From: Eledone cirrhosa
Taxonomy: Eukaryota
NCBI GenBank assembly: GCA_964016885.1
Contig: OZ024743.1
Span: 132,246,001 to 132,310,000 of the forward strand
Direction: 5' to 3'
DNA: 64,000 bases
Made by a program: the position numbers and the translations under genes. The notes beneath the pieces were generated by a model, which saw only the letters and a list, made by a program, of their open reading frames with translations, ran no database searches and had not been told where the DNA came from. Shown here piece by piece: positions 10,621-24,200 of this stretch. The first letter of the stretch is position 1; each line of letters opens with the position of its first letter.

Positions 10621-13600
10621 TTGGTGCTTGGTGTTTGATGTTTGGTCCTTGGTGCTTGGTGTTTGGTATTTGGTGCTTGGTGCTTGGTGTTTGGTGTTTG
10701 GTGCTTGGTGATTGGTGCTTGGTGTTTTGTGCTTTTTGCTTGGTGTTTGGTGTTTGGTGCTAGGGTCTTGGTGCTTGGTGCTTGGTGCTTGGTGCTTGGT
10801 GTTTGGTGTTTGGTGCTTAGTGCGTGGGGGCTTGGTGTTTGGTGCTTGCTGTTTGGTGCTTGGTGTTTGGTGCTTGCTGTTTGGTGCTTGGTGCTTGGTG
10901 TTTGGTGTTTGGTGTTTGGTGCTTGGTGCTTGGTGTTTGGTGCTTGGTGCTTGGTGCTTGGTGCTTGGTGCTTGGTCTTTGGTGCTTGGTGCTTGGTGAT
11001 TAGTGTTTGGTGATTGGTGCTTGGGGTTTGGTGTTTGGTACTTGGTGTTTGGTGCTTGGTGCTTGCTGTTTGGTGTTTGGTGTTTGGTTCTTGGTGCTTG
11101 GTGTTTGGTGTTTGGTGTTTGGTGCTTGGTGCTTGGTGCTTGGTGTTTGGTGCTTGGTGCTTGGTGCTTGGTGTTTGGTGCTGCATGCTTGGTGTTTGGT
11201 GTTTGGTGCTTGGTGCCTGCTGCTTGTTGTTTGGTGTTTGGTGCTAAGTGCTTGGTGTTTGGTGTTTGGTGCTTGGTGCTTGGTGGCTGGTGTTTGGTGC
11301 TTGGTGTTTGGTGTTTGGTGCTTGGTGCTTGGTGCCTGGTGTTTCGTGCTTGGTGCTTGGTGCTTGGTGTTTGGTGTTTGGTGCCTGGTGGTTGGTGTTT
11401 GGTGTTTGGTGCTTGGTGCTTGGTGTTTGGTGCTTGGTGCTTGGTTTTTGGTGTTTGGTGCTTAGTACCTGGTGCTTGTTGTTTGGTGTTTGGTGCTTGG
11501 TGCTTGGTGCTTGGTGTTTGGTGCTTGGTGTCTGGTGTTTGGTGCTTGGTGCTTGGTGCTTGGTGTTTGGTGTTTGGTGCTTGGTGCTTGGTGTTTGGTG
11601 TTTGGTGCTGGGTGCTTGGAGTTTGGTGCTTGGTGCTTGGTGCTTAGTGCTTGGTGTTTGGTGTTTGGTGCTTGGTGTTTGGTGTTTGGTGTTTGATGCT
11701 TGGTGTGTGCTGCTTGGTGCTTGGTGCTTGGTGTTTTGTGTTTGGTGCTTGGTGCTTGGTGCCTGGTTCTTGGTGCTTGGTGCTTGTTGTTTGGTGCTTG
11801 GTGCTTGGTGATTAGTGTTTGGTGCTTGGTGCTTGGGGTTTGCTGTTTGGTGCTTGGTGCTTGGTGTTTGGTGCTTGGTGCTTGGTGTTTGGTGTTTGGT
11901 GTTTGGTGCTTGGTGTCTGGTGTTTGGTGTTTGGTGTTTGGTGCTTGGTGCTTGGTGTTTGGGTTTTGGTGCTTGGTGCTTGGTGTTTGGTGTTTGGTGC
12001 TTGGTGTTTGGTGTTTGGTGCTTGGTGTTTGGTGCTTGGTGCTTGGTGCTTGGTGTTTGGTGCTGGGTGCTTGGTGCTTGGTGTTTGGTGTTTGGTGCTT
12101 GGTGCCTGGTGTTTGGTGTTTGGTGTTTGATGCTTGGTGTTTGATGCTTGGTGCGTGGGACTTAGTGTTTGGTGTTTGGTGCTTGGTGTTTGGTGCTTGG
12201 TGTTTGGGGCTTGGTGTTCGGTGCTTGGTGCTTGCTGCTTGGTGCTTGGTGTTTGGTGTTTGGTGCTTGGTGCTTGGTGTTTGATGTTGGGTCCTTAGTG
12301 CTTGGTGCTTGGTGTTTGGTGTTTGGTGCTTGCTGCTTGCTGTTTGTTGTTTCGTTCTTTGTGATTGGTGCTTGGTGCTTGGTGTTTGGTGCTTGGTGCT
12401 TGGTGTTTGGTGTTTGGTGTTTGGTGCTTGGGGCTTGGTGTTTTGTGCTTGGTGCTTGGTGCTTGGTGTTTGGTGTTTGGTGTTTGGTGCTTGCTGTTTG
12501 GTGCTTGGTGCTTGGTTCTGGGTGGTTGGTGTTTGCTGCTTGGTGCTTGGTGTTTGGTGCTTGGTGCTTGGTGCTTGTTGTTTGGTGCTTGGTGCTTGGT
12601 GCTTGGTATTTGGTGCTTGGTGTTTGGTGTTTGGTGCTTGGTGCTTGGCGCTTGGTGTTTGGTGCTTGGTGCTTGGTGCTTGGTGTTTGGTGCTTGGTGC
12701 TTGGTGATTAGTGTTTGTTGCTTGGTGCTTGGGGTTTGGTGGTTGGTGCTTGGTGCTTGGTGTTTGGTGTTTGGTGTTTGGTGTTTGGTGTTTGCTGTTT
12801 GGTGTCTGCTTTTTGGTGTTTGGTGTTTGCTGTATGGTGTTTGCTGTTTCGTATTTGGTTTTTGCTGTTTGGTGTTTGGTGTTTGCTGTTTGGTGTTTGG
12901 TGTTTGGTGTTTGGTGCTTGGTGCTTGGTGTTTGGTGCTTGGTGCTTGGTTTTTGGTGTTTGGTGCTTGGTACCTGGTGCTTGTTGTTTGGTGTTTGGTG
13001 CTTGGTGCTTGGTGCTTGGTGTTTGGTGCTTGGTGTCTGGTGTTTGGTGCTTGGTGCTTGGTGCTTGGTGTTTGGTGTTTGGTGCTTGGTGCTTGGTGTT
13101 TGGTGTTTGGTGCTGGGTGCTTGGAGTTTGGTGCTTGGTGCTTGGTGCTTAGTGCTTGGTGTTTGGTGTTTGGTGCTTGGTGCTTGGTGTTTGGTGTTTG
13201 ATGCTTGGTGTGTGCTGCTTGGTGTTTGGTGTTTGATGCTTGGTGCTTGGTGTTTGGTGCTTGGTGTCTGGTGTTTGGTGCTTGGTGCTTGGTGCTTGGT
13301 GTTTGGTGTTTGGTGCTTGGTGCTTGGTGTTTGGTGTTTGGTGCTGGGTGCTTGGAGTTTGGTGCTTGGTGCTTGGTGCTTGGTGCTTAGTGCTTGGTGT
13401 TTTGTGTTTGGTGCTTGGTGCTTGGTGCCTGGTTCTTGGTGCTTGGTGCTTGTTGTTTGGTGCTTGGTGCTTGGTGATTAGTGTTTGGTGATTGGTGCTT
13501 GGGGTTTGCTGTTTGGTACTTGGTGCTTGGTGTTTGATGTTTGGTCCTTGGTGCTTGGTGTTTGGTATTTGGTGCTTGGTGCTTGGTGTTTGGTGTTTGG

Positions 13601-14681
13601 TGCTTGGTGATTGGTGCTTGGTGTTTTGTGCTTTTTGCTTGGTGTTTGGTGTTTGGTGCTAGGGTCTTGGTGCTTGGTGCTTGGTGCTTGGTGCTTGGTG
13701 TTTGGTGTTTGGTGCTTAGTGCGTGGGGGCTTGGTGTTTGGTGCTTGGTGTTTGGTGCTTGGTGTTTGGTGCTTGCTGTTTGGTGCTTGGTGCTTGGTGT
13801 TTGGTGTTTGGTGTTTGGTGCTTGGTGCTTGGTGTTTGGTGCTTGGTGCTTGGTGCTTGGTGCTTGGTGCTTGGTCTTTGGTGCTTGGTGCTTGGTGATT
13901 AGTGTTTGGTGATTGGTGCTTGGGGTTTGGTGTTTGGTACTTGGTGTTTGGTGCTTGGTGCTTGCTGTTTGGTGTTTGGTGTTTGGTTCTTGGTGCTTGG
14001 TGTTTGGTGTTTGGTGTTTGGTGCTTGGTGCTTGGTGCTTGGTGTTTGGTGCTTGGTGCTTGGTGCTTGGTGTTTGGTGGTGCATGCTTGTTGTTTGGTG
14101 TTTGGTGCTTGGTGCCTGCTGCTTGTTGTTTGGTGTTTGGTGCTAAGTGCTTGGTGTTTGGTGTTTGGTGCTTGGTGCTTGGTGGCTGGTGTTTGGTGCT
14201 TGGTGTTTGGTGTTTGGTGCTTGGTGCTTGGTGCCTGGTGTTTCGTGCTTGGTGCTTGGTGTTTGGTGTTTGGTGTTTGGTGCCTGGTGGTTGGTGTTTG
14301 GTGTTTGGTGCTTGGTGCTTGGTGTTTGGTGCTTGGTGCTTGGTTTTTGGTGTTTGGTGCTTGGTACCTGGTGCTTGTTGTTTGGTGTTTGGTGCTTGGT
14401 GCTTGGTGCTTGGTGTTTGGTGCTTGGTGTCTGGTGTTTGGTGCTTGGTGCTTGGTGCTTGGTGTTTGGTGTTTGGTGCTTGGTGCTTGGTGTTTGGTGT
14501 TTGGTGCTGGGTGCTTGGAGTTTGGTGCTTGGTGCTTGGTGCTTAGTGCTTGGTGTTTGGTGTTTGGTGCTTGGTGTTTGGTGTTTGGTGTTTGATGCTT
14601 GGTGTGTGCTGCTTGGTGCTTGGTGCTTGGTGTTTTGTGTTTGGTGCTTGGTGCTTGGTGCCTGGTTCTTGGTGCTTGGTG
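10621..14681 (+). repeat. Non-adjacent duplication, ~10621-11782 vs ~13520-14681, offset 2899 bp
   Basis: ORFs 10712/13611, 11003/13902 and 11248/14147. Both copies carry the private 8-bp monomer GTGGGGGC (~10824, ~13723) and TGCATGC. Confidence 0.9.
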
Positions 14682-17600
14682 TTTGGTGTTTGCTGTTTGG
14701 TGTCTGCTTTTTGGTGTTTGGTGTTTGCTGTATGGTGTTTGCTGTTTCGTATTTGGTTTTTGCTGTTTGGTGTTTGGTGTTTGCTGTTTGGTGTTTGGTG
14801 TTTGGTGTTTGGTGCTTGGTGCTTGGTGTTTGGTGCTTGGTGCTTGGTTTTTGGTGTTTGGTGCTTGGTACCTGGTGCTTGTTGTTTGGTGTTTGGTGCT
14901 TGGTGCTTGGTGCTTGGTGTTTGGTGCTTGGTGTCTGGTGTTTGGTGCTTGGTGCTTGGTGCTTGGTGTTTGGTGTTTGGTGCTTGGTGCTTGGTGTTTG
15001 GTGTTTGGTGCTGGGTGCTTGGAGTTTGGTGCTTGGTGCTTGGTGCTTAGTGCTTGGTGTTTGGTGTTTGGTGCTTGGTGCTTGGTGTTTGGTGTTTGAT
15101 GCTTGGTGTGTGCTGCTTGGTGTTTGGTGTTTGATGCTTGGTCTGTGCTGCTTGGTGCTTGGTGCTTGGTGTTTTGTGTTTGGTGCTTGGTGCTTGGTGC
15201 CTGGTTCTTGGTGCTTGGTGCTTGTTGTTTGGTGCTTGGTGCTTGGTGATTAGTGTTTGGTGCTTGGTGCTTGGTGTTTGGTGTTTGGTGTTTGGTGCAT
15301 GGTGTCTGGTGTTTGGTGTTTGGTGTTTGGTGCTTGGTGCTTGGTGTTTGGGTTTTGGTGCTTGGTGCTTGGTGTTTGGTGTTTGGTGCTTGGTGTCTGG
15401 TGTTTGGTGCTTGGTGTTTGGTGCTTGGTGCTTGGTGCTTGGTGTTTGGTGCTGGGTGCTTGGTGCTTGGTGTTTGGTGTTTGGTGTTTGATGCTTGGTG
15501 TTTGATGCTTGTTGCTTGGTGCTTGGTGTTTTGTGTTTGGTGTTTGGTGCTTGGTGTATGTACTTGGTGCTTGGTGTTTGGTGCTTGGTTCTTGGTGTTT
15601 GGTGATTGGTGCTTGGTGCTTGGTGTTTGGTGCTTGGTGCTTGGTGTTTGGTACTTGGTGCTTGGTGTTTGGTGTTTGGTGCTTGGTGTTTGGTGCTTGG
15701 TGCTTGGTGCTTGGTGCTTGGTGTTATGTGTTTGGTGCTTGGTGCTTGGTGTTTGGTGGTGGTGCTTGGTGTTTGGTGCTTGGTGCCTGGTGCTTGGTGT
15801 TTGGTGCTTGGTGTTTGGTGCTTGGTGTTTGGTGCTTGGTGCTCGGTGCTTTGTGCTTGGTGCTTGGTGATTGGTGTTTGGTGTTTGGTGCTTGATGCTT
15901 GGTGTTTGATGTTTGGTCCTTGGTGCTTGGTGTTTGGTGATTTGTGCTTGGTGCTTGGTGCTTGGTGTTTGGTGCTTGGTGCTTGGTGCTTGGTGTTTGG
16001 CGTTTGCTGTTTGCTGTTTGGTGTTTGGTGTTTGCTGTTTGGTGTTTGGTGCTTGGTGTTTGGTGCTTGGTGCTTGCTGTTTGGTGTTTGGTGTTTGGTT
16101 CTTGGTGCTTGGTGTTTGGTGCTTGGTGCTTGGTGTTTGGTGCTTGGTGCCTGGTGCTTGGTGTTTGGTGCTTGGTGCTTGTTGTTAGGTGATTGGTGCT
16201 TGGTGTTTGGTGCTTGGTGCTTGGTGCTTGGTGCTTGGTGTTAGGCGTTTGGTGCTTGGTGCTTGGTGTTTGATGTTTGGTCCTTGGTGCTTGGTGTTTG
16301 GTATTTGGTGCTTGGTGCTTGGTGTTTGGTGTTTGGTGTTGCTGCTTGCTGCTTGGTGTTTGGTGCTTGGTGATTGGTGCTTGGTGTTTTGTGCTTTTTG
16401 CTTGGTGTTTGGTGTTTGGTGCTAGGGTCTTGGTGCTTGGTGCTTGGTGTTTGGTGCTTGGTGCTTGGTGTTTGGTGTTTGGTGCTTAGTGCGTGGGGCT
16501 TGGTGTTTGGTGCTTGGTGTTTGGTGATCGGTGTTTGGTGCTTGCTGTTTGGTGCTTGGTGCTTGGTGTTTGGTGTTTGGTGTTTGGTGCTTGGTGCTTG
16601 GTGTTTGGTGCTTGGTGCTTGGTGCTTGGTGCTTGGTGCTTGGTCTTTGGTGCTTGGTGCTTGGTGATTAGTGTTTGGTGATTGGTGCTTGGGGTTTGGT
16701 GTTTGGTACTTGGTGTTTGGTGCTTGGTGCTTGCTGTTTGGTGGTTGGTGTTTGCTGCTTGGTGCTTGGTGTTTGGTGCTTGGTGCTTGTTGTTTGGTGC
16801 TTGGTGCTTGGTGCTTGGTCTTTGGTGCTTGGTGTTTGGTGTTTGGTGCTTGGTGCTTGGTGCTTGGTGTTTGGTGCTTGGTGCTTGGTGCTTGGTGTTT
16901 GGTGCTTGGTGCTTGGTGATTAGTGTTTGTTGCTTGGTGCTTGGGGTTTGGTGGTTGGTGCTTGGTGCTTGGTGTTTGGTGTTTGGTGTTTGGTGTTTGG
17001 TGTTTGCTGTTTGGTGTCTGCTTTTTGGTGTTTGGTGTTTGCTGTATGGTGTTTGCTGTTTCGTATTTGGTTTTTGCTGTTTGGTGTTTGGTGTTTGCTG
17101 TTTGGTGTTTGGTGTTTGGTGTTTGGTGCTTGGTGCTTGGTGTTTGGTGCTTGGTTTTTGGTGTTTGGTGCTTGGTACCTGGTGCTTGTTGTTTGGTGTT
17201 TGGTGCTTGGTGCTTGGTGCTTGGTGTTTGGTGCTTGGTGTCTGGTGTTTGGTGCTTGGTGCTTGGTGCTTGGTGTTTGGTGTTTGGTGCTTGGTGCTTG
17301 GTGTTTGGTGTTTGGTGCTGGGTGCTTGGAGTTTGGTGCTTGGTGCTTGGTGCTTAATGCTTGGTGTTTGGTGTTTGGTGCTTGGTGCTTGGTGTTTGGT
17401 GTTTGATGCTTGGTGTGTGCTGCTTGGTGCTTGGTGCTTGGTGTTTTGTGTTTGGTGCTTGGTGCTTGGTGCCTGGTTCTTGGTGCTTGGTGCTTGTTGT
17501 TTGGTGCTTGGTGCTTAGTGATTAGTGTTTGGTGCTTGGTGCTTGGGGTTTGCTGTTTGGTACTTGGTGCTTGGTGTTTGGTGCTTGGTGCTTGGTGTTT

Positions 17601-18226
17601 GGTGTTTGGTGTTTGGTGCTTGGTGTTTGGTGTTTGGTGTTTGGTGTTTGGTGCTTGGTGCTTGGTGTTTGGGTTTTGGTGCTTGGTGCTTGGTGTTTGG
17701 TGTTTGGTGCTTGGTGTCTGGTGTTTGGTGCTTGGTGTTTGGTGCTTGGTGCTTGGTGCTTGGTGTTTGGTGCTGGGTGCTTGGTTCTTGGTGTTTGGTG
17801 TTTGGTGTTTGATGCTTGGTGTTTGATGCTTGTTGCTTGGTGCTTGGTGTTTTGTGTTTGGTGTTTGGTGCTTGGTGTATGTACTTGGTGTTTGGTGCTT
17901 GGTTCTTGGTGTTTGGTGATTGGTGCTTGGTGCTTGGTGTTTGGTGCTTGGTGCTTGGTGTTTGGTACTTGGTGCTTGGTGTTTGGTGTTTGGTGCTTGG
18001 TGTTTGGTGCTTGGTGCTTGGTGCTTGGTGCTTGGTGTTATCTGTTTGGTGCTTGGTGCTTGGTGTTTGGTGGTGGTGCTTGGTGTTTGGTGCTTGGTGC
18101 CTGGTGCTTGGTGTTTGGTGCTTGGTGTTTGGTGCTTGGTGTTTGGTGCTTGGTGCTCGGTGCTTTGTGCTTGGTGCTTGGTGATTGGTGTTTGGTGTTT
18201 GGTGCTTGGTGCTTGGTGTTTGATGT

Positions 18227-21200
18227 TTGGTCCTTGGTGCTTGGTGTTTGGTGATTTGTGCTTGGTGCTTGGTGCTTGGTGTTTGGTGCTTGGTGCTGGG
18301 TGCTTGGTGTTTGGCGTTTGCTGTTTGCTGTTTGGTGTTTGGTGTTTGCTGTTTGGTGTTTGGTGCTTGGTGTTTGGTGCTTGGTGCTTGCTGTTTGGTG
18401 TTTGGTGTTTGGTTCTTGGTGCTTGGTGTTTGGTGCTTGGTGCTTGGTGTTTGGTGCTTGGTGCCTGGTGCTTGGTGTTTGGTGCTTGGTGCTTGTTGTT
18501 AGGTGATTGGTGCTTGGTGTTTGGTGCTTGGTGCTTGGTGCTTGGTGCTTGGTGTTTGGTATTTGGTGCTTGGTGCTTGGTGTTTGGTGTTTGGTGCTTG
18601 CTGCTTGCTGCTTGGTGTTTGGTGCTTGGTGATTGGTGCTTGGTGTTTTGTGCTTTTTGCTTGGTGTTTGGTGTTTGGTGCTAGGGTCTTGGTGCTTGGT
18701 GCTTGGTGTTTGGTGCTTGGTGCTTGGTGTTTGGTGTTTGGTGCTTAGTGCGTGGGGCTTGGTGTTTGGTGCTTGGTGTTTGGTGATCGGTGTTTGGTGC
18801 TTGCTGTTTGGTGCTTGGTGCTTGGTGTTTGGTGTTTGGTGTTTGGTGCTTGGTGCTTGGTGTTTGGTGCTTGGTGCTTGGTGCTTGGTGCTTGGTCTTT
18901 GGTGCTTGGTGCTTGGTGATTAGTGTTTGGTGATTGGTGCTTGGGGTTTGGTCTTTGGTACTTGGTGTTTGGTGCTTGGTGCTTGCTGTTTGGTGTTTGG
19001 TGTTTGGTTCTTGGTGCTTGGTGTTTGGTGTTTGGTGTTTGGTGCTTGGTGCTTGGTGCTTGGTGTTTGGTGCTTGGTGCTTGGTGCTTGGTGTTTGGTG
19101 CTGCGTGCTTGGTGTTTGGTGTTTGGTGCTTGGTGCCTGCTGCTTGTTGTTTGGTATTTGGTGCTAAGTGCTTGGTGTTTGGTGTTTGGTGCTTGGTGCT
19201 TGGTGGCTAGTGTTTGGTGCTTGGTGTTTGGTGTTTGGTGCTTGGTGCTTGGTGCCTGGTGTTTCGTGCTTGGTGCTTGGTGCTTGGTGTTTGGTGTTTG
19301 GTGCTTGGTGGTTGGTGTTTGGTGTTTGGTGCTTGGTGCTTGGTGTTTGGTGCTTGGTGCTTGGTTTTTGGTGTTTGGTGCTTGGTGCTTGGTGCTTGGT
19401 GTTTTGTGCTTGGTGTCTGGTGTTTGGTGCTTGGTGCTTGGTGCTTGGTGTTTAGTGTTTGGTGCTTGGTGCTTGGTGTTTGGTGTTTGGTGCTGGGTGC
19501 TTGGAGTTTGGTGCTTGGTGCTTGGTGCTTAGTGCTTGGTGTTTGGTGTTTGGTGCTTGGTGTTTGGTGTTTGGTGTTTGATGCTTGGTGTGTGCTGCTT
19601 GGTGCTTGGTGCTTGGTGTTTTGTGTTTGGTGCTTGGTGCTTGGTGCCTGGTTCTTGGTGCTTGGTGCTTGTTGTTTGGTGCTTGGTGCTTGGTGATTAG
19701 TGTTTGGTGCTTGGTGCTTGGGGTTTGCTGTTTGGTGCTTGGTGCTTGGTGTTTGGTGCTTGGTGCTTGGTGTTTGGTGTTTGGTGTTTGGTGCTTGGTG
19801 TCTGGTGTTTGGTGTTTGGTGTTTGGTGCTTGGTGCTTGGTGTTTGGGTTTTGGTGCTTGGTGCTTGGTGTTTGGTGTTTGGTGCTTGGTGTTTGGTGTT
19901 TGGTGCTTGGTGTTTGGTGCTTGGTGCTTGGTGCTTGGTGTTTGGTGCTGGGTGCTTGGTGCTTGGTGTTTGGTGTTTGGTGCTTGGTGCTTGGTGTTTG
20001 GTGTTTGGTGTTTGATGCTTGGTGTTTGATGCTTGTTGCTTGGTGCTTGGTGTTTTGTGTTTGGTGTTTGGTGCTTGGTGTATGTACTTGGTGCTTGGTG
20101 CTTGGTGTTTGGTGCTTGGTTCTTGGTGTTTGGTGATTGGTGCTTGGTGGTTGGTGTTTGGTGCTTGGTGCTTGGTGTTTGGTACTTGGTGCTTGGTGTT
20201 TGGTGTTTGGTGCTTGGAGTTTGGTGCTTGGTGCTTGGTGCTTGGTGCTTGGTGTTATGTGTTTGGTGCTTGGTGCTTGGTGGTTGGTGGTGGTGCTTGG
20301 TGTTTGGTGCTTGGTGCCTGGTGCTTGGTGTTTGGTGCTTGGTGTTTGGTGCTTGGTGTTTGGTGCTTGGTGTTTGGTGATTTGTGCTTGGGGCTTAGTG
20401 CTTGGTGTTTGGTGCTTGGTGCTTGGTGCTTGGTGTTTGGCGTTTGCTGTTTGCTGTTTGGTGTTTGGTGTTTGCTGTTTGGTGTTTGGTGCTTGGTGTT
20501 TGGTGCTTGGTGCTTGCTGTTTGGTGTTTGGTGTTTGGTTCTTGGTGCTTGGTGTTTGGTGTTTGGTGCTTGGTGCTTGGTGCTTGGTGTTTGGTGCTTG
20601 GTGCCTGGTGCTTGGTGTTTGGTGCTTGGTGCTTGGTGTTAGGTGATTGGTGCTTGGTGTTTGGTGCTTGGTGCTTGGTGCTTGGTGCTTGGTGTTAGGC
20701 GTTTGGTGCTTGGTGCTTGGTGTTTGATGTTTGGTCCTTGGTGCTTGGTGTTTGGTATTTGGTGCTTGGTGCTTGGTGTTTGGTGTTTGGTGCTTGCTGC
20801 TTGCTGCTTGGTGTTTGGTGCTTGGTGATTGGTGCTTGGTGTTTTGTGCTTTTTGCTTGGTGTTTGGTGTTTGGTGCTAGGGTCTTGGTGCTTGGTGCTT
20901 GGTGTTTGGTGTTTGGTGCTCGGTGTTTGGTGTTTGGTGCATGGTGCGTGGGGCTTGGTGTTTGGTGCTTGGTGTTTGGTGCTTGGTGTTTGGTGCTTGC
21001 TGTTTGGTGCTTGGTGCTTGGTGTTTGGTGTTTGGTGTTTGGTGCTTGGTGCTTGGTGTTTGGTGCTTGGTGCTTGGTGCTTGGTGCTTGGTGCTTGGTC
21101 TTTGGTGCTTGGTGCTTGGTGATTAGTGTTTGGTGATTGGTGCTTGGGGTTTGGTGTTTGGTACTTGGTGTTTGGTGCTTGGTGCTTGCTGTTTGGTGTT

Positions 21201-24200
21201 TGGTTCTTGGTGCTTGGTGTTTGGTGATTGGTGTTTGGTGCTTGGTGCTTGGTGCTTGGTGTTTGGTGCTTGGTGCTTGGTGTTTGGTGCTGCGTGCTTG
21301 GTGTTTGGTGTTTGGTGCTTGGTGCTTGGTGCCTGTGTTTCGTGCTTGGTGCTTGGTGCTTGGTGTTTGGTGTTTGGTGCTTGGTGGTTGGTGTTTGGTA
21401 CTTGGTGCTTGGTGCTTGGTGCTTGGTGTTTGATGCTGCGTGCCTGGTGTTTGGTGTTTGGTGCTTGGTGCTTGGTGTTTGGTGTTTCGTGCTTGGTGCC
21501 TGGTGCTTGTTGTTTGGTGTTTGCTGCTTGGTGCTTGGTGTTTGGTGTTTGGTGCTGGGTGCTTGGAGTTTGGTGCTTGGTGCTTGGTGCTTAGTGCTTG
21601 GTGTTTGGTGTTTGGTGCTTGGTGTTTGGTGTTTGGTGTTTGATGCTTGGTGTGTGCTGCTTGGTGCTTGGTGCTTGGTGTTTTGTGTTTGGTGCTTGGT
21701 GCTTGGTGCCTGGTTCTTGGTGCTTGGTGCTTGTTGTTTGGTGCTTGGTGCTTGGTGATTAGTGTTTGGTGCTTGGTGCTTGGGGTTTGCTGTTTGGTGC
21801 TTGGTGCTTGGTGTTTGGTGCTTGGTGCTTGGTGTTTGGTGTTTGGTGTTTGGTGCTTGGTGTCTGGTGTTTGGTGTTTGGTGTTTGGTGCTTGGTGCTT
21901 GGTGTTTGGGTTTTGGTGCTTGGTGCTTGGTGTTTGGTGTTTGGTGCTTGGTGTTTGGTGTTTGGTGCTTGGTGTTTTGTGCTTGGTGCTTGGTGCTTGG
22001 TGTTTGGTGCTGGGTGCTTGGTGCTTGGTGTTTGGTGTTTGGTGCTTGGTGCTTGGTGTTTGGTGTTTGGTGTTTGATGCTTGGTGTTTGATGCTTGTTG
22101 CTTGGTGCTTGGTGTTTTGTGTTTGGTGTTTGGTGCTTGGTGTATGTACTTGGTGCTTGGTGCTTGGTGTTTGGTGCTTGGTTCTTGGTGTTTGGTGATT
22201 GGTGCTTGGTGCTTGGTGTTTGGTGCTTGGTGCTTGGTGTTTGGTACTTGGTGCTTGGTGTTTGGTGTTTGGTGCTTGGAGTTTGGTGCTTGGTGCTTGG
22301 TGCTTGGTGCTTGGTGTTATGTGTTTGGTGCTTGGTGCTTGGTGTTTGGTGGTGGTGCTTGGTGTTTGGTGCTTGGTGCTTGGTGTTTGATGTTTGGTCC
22401 TTGGTGCTTGGTGTTTGGTGATTTGTGCTTGGTGCTTGGTGCTTGGTGTTTGGTGCTTGGTGCTTGGTGCTTGGTGTTTGGCGTTTGCTGTTTGCTGTTT
22501 GGTGTTTGGTGTTTGCTGTTTGGTGTTTGGTGCTTGGTGTTTGGTGCTTGGTGCTTGCTGTTTGGTGTTTGGTGTTTGGTTCTTGGTGCTTGGTGTTTGG
22601 TGCTTGGTGCTTGGTGTTTGGTGCTTGGTGCCTGGTGCTTGGTGTTTGGTGCTTGGTGCTTGTTGTTAGGTGATTGGTGCTTGGTGTTTGGTGCTTGGTG
22701 CTTGGTGCTTGGTGCTTGGTGTTAGGCGTTTGGTACTTGGTGCTTGGTGTTTGATGTTTGGTCCTTGGTGCTTGGTGTTTGGTATTTGGTGCTTGGTGCT
22801 TGGTGTTTGGTGTTTGGTGCTTGCTGCTTGCTGCTTGGTGTTTGGTGCTTGGTGATTGGTGCTTGGTGTTTTGTGCTTTTTGCTTGGTGTTTGGTGTTTG
22901 GTGCTAGGGTCTTGGTGCTTGGTGCTTGGTGTTTGGTGCTTGGTGCTTGGTGTTTGGTGTTTGGTGCTTAGTGCGTGGGGCTTGGTGTTTGGTGCTTGGT
23001 GTTTGGTGATCGGTGTTTGGTGCTTGCTGTTTGGTGCTTGGTGCTTGGTGTTTGGTGTTTGGTGTTTGGTGCTTGGTGCTTGGTGTTTGGTGCTTGGTGC
23101 TTGGTGCTTGGTGCTTGGTCTTTGGTGCTTGGTGCTTGGTGATTAGTGTTTGGTGATTGGTGCTTGGGGTTTGGTCTTTGGTACTTGGTGTTTGGTGCTT
23201 GGTGCTTGCTGTTTGGTGTTTGGTGTTTGGTTCTTGGTGCTTGGTGTTTGGTGTTTGGTGTTTGGTGCTTGGTGCTTGGTGCTTGGTGTTTGGTGCTTGG
23301 TGCTTGGTGCTTGGTGTTTGGTGCTGCGTGCTTGGTGTTTGGTGCTTGGTGCCTGCTGATTGTTGTTTGGTATTTGGTGCTAAGTGCTTGGTGCTTGGTG
23401 GCTAGTGTTTGGTGCTTGGTGTTTGGTGTTTGGTGCTTGGTGCTTGGTGCCTGGTGTTTCGTGCTTGGTGCTTGGTGCTTGGTGTTTGGTGTTTGGTGCT
23501 TGGTGGTTGGTGTTTGGTGTTTGGTGCTTGGTGCTTGGTGTTTGGTGCTTGGTGCTTGGTTTTTGGTGTTTGGTGCTTGGTGCTTGGTGCTTGGTGTTTT
23601 GTGCTTGGTGTCTGGTGTTTGGTGCTTGGTGCTTGGTGCTTGGTGTTTAGTGTTTGGTGCTTGGTGCTTGGTGTTTGGTGTTTGGTGCTGGGTGCTTGGA
23701 GTTTGGTGCTTGGTGCTCGGTGCTTAGTGCTTGGTGTTTGGTGTTTGGTGCTTGGTGTTTGGTGTTTGGTGTTTGATGCTTGGTGTGTGCTGCTTGGTGC
23801 TTGGTGCTTGGTGTTTTGTGTTTGGTGCTTGGTGCTTGGTGCCTGGTTCTTGGTGCTTGGTGCTTGTTGTTTGGTGCTTGGTGCTTGGTGATTAGAGTTT
23901 GGTGCTTGGTGCTTGGGGTTTGCTGTTTGGTGCTTGGTGCTTGGTGTTTGGTGCTTGGTGCTTGGTGTTTGGTGTTTGGTGTTTGGTGCTTGGTGTCTGG
24001 TGTTTGGTGTTTGGTGTTTGGTGCTTGGTGCTTGGTGTTTGGGTTTTGGTGCTTGGTGCTTGGTGTTTGGTGTTTGGTGCTTGGTGTTTGGTGTTTGGTG
24101 CTTGGTGTTTGGTGCTTGGTGCTTGGTGCTTGGTGTTTGGTGCTGGGTGCTTGGTGCTTGGTGTTTGGTGTTTGGTGCTTGGTGCTTGGTGTTTGGTGTT

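Noticed and set aside
11281-11292. Chi-like motif GGTGGCTGG
   Set aside because: It is not GCTGGTGG and is explained by two adjacent point variants (TTGGTGG CTGGTGT).
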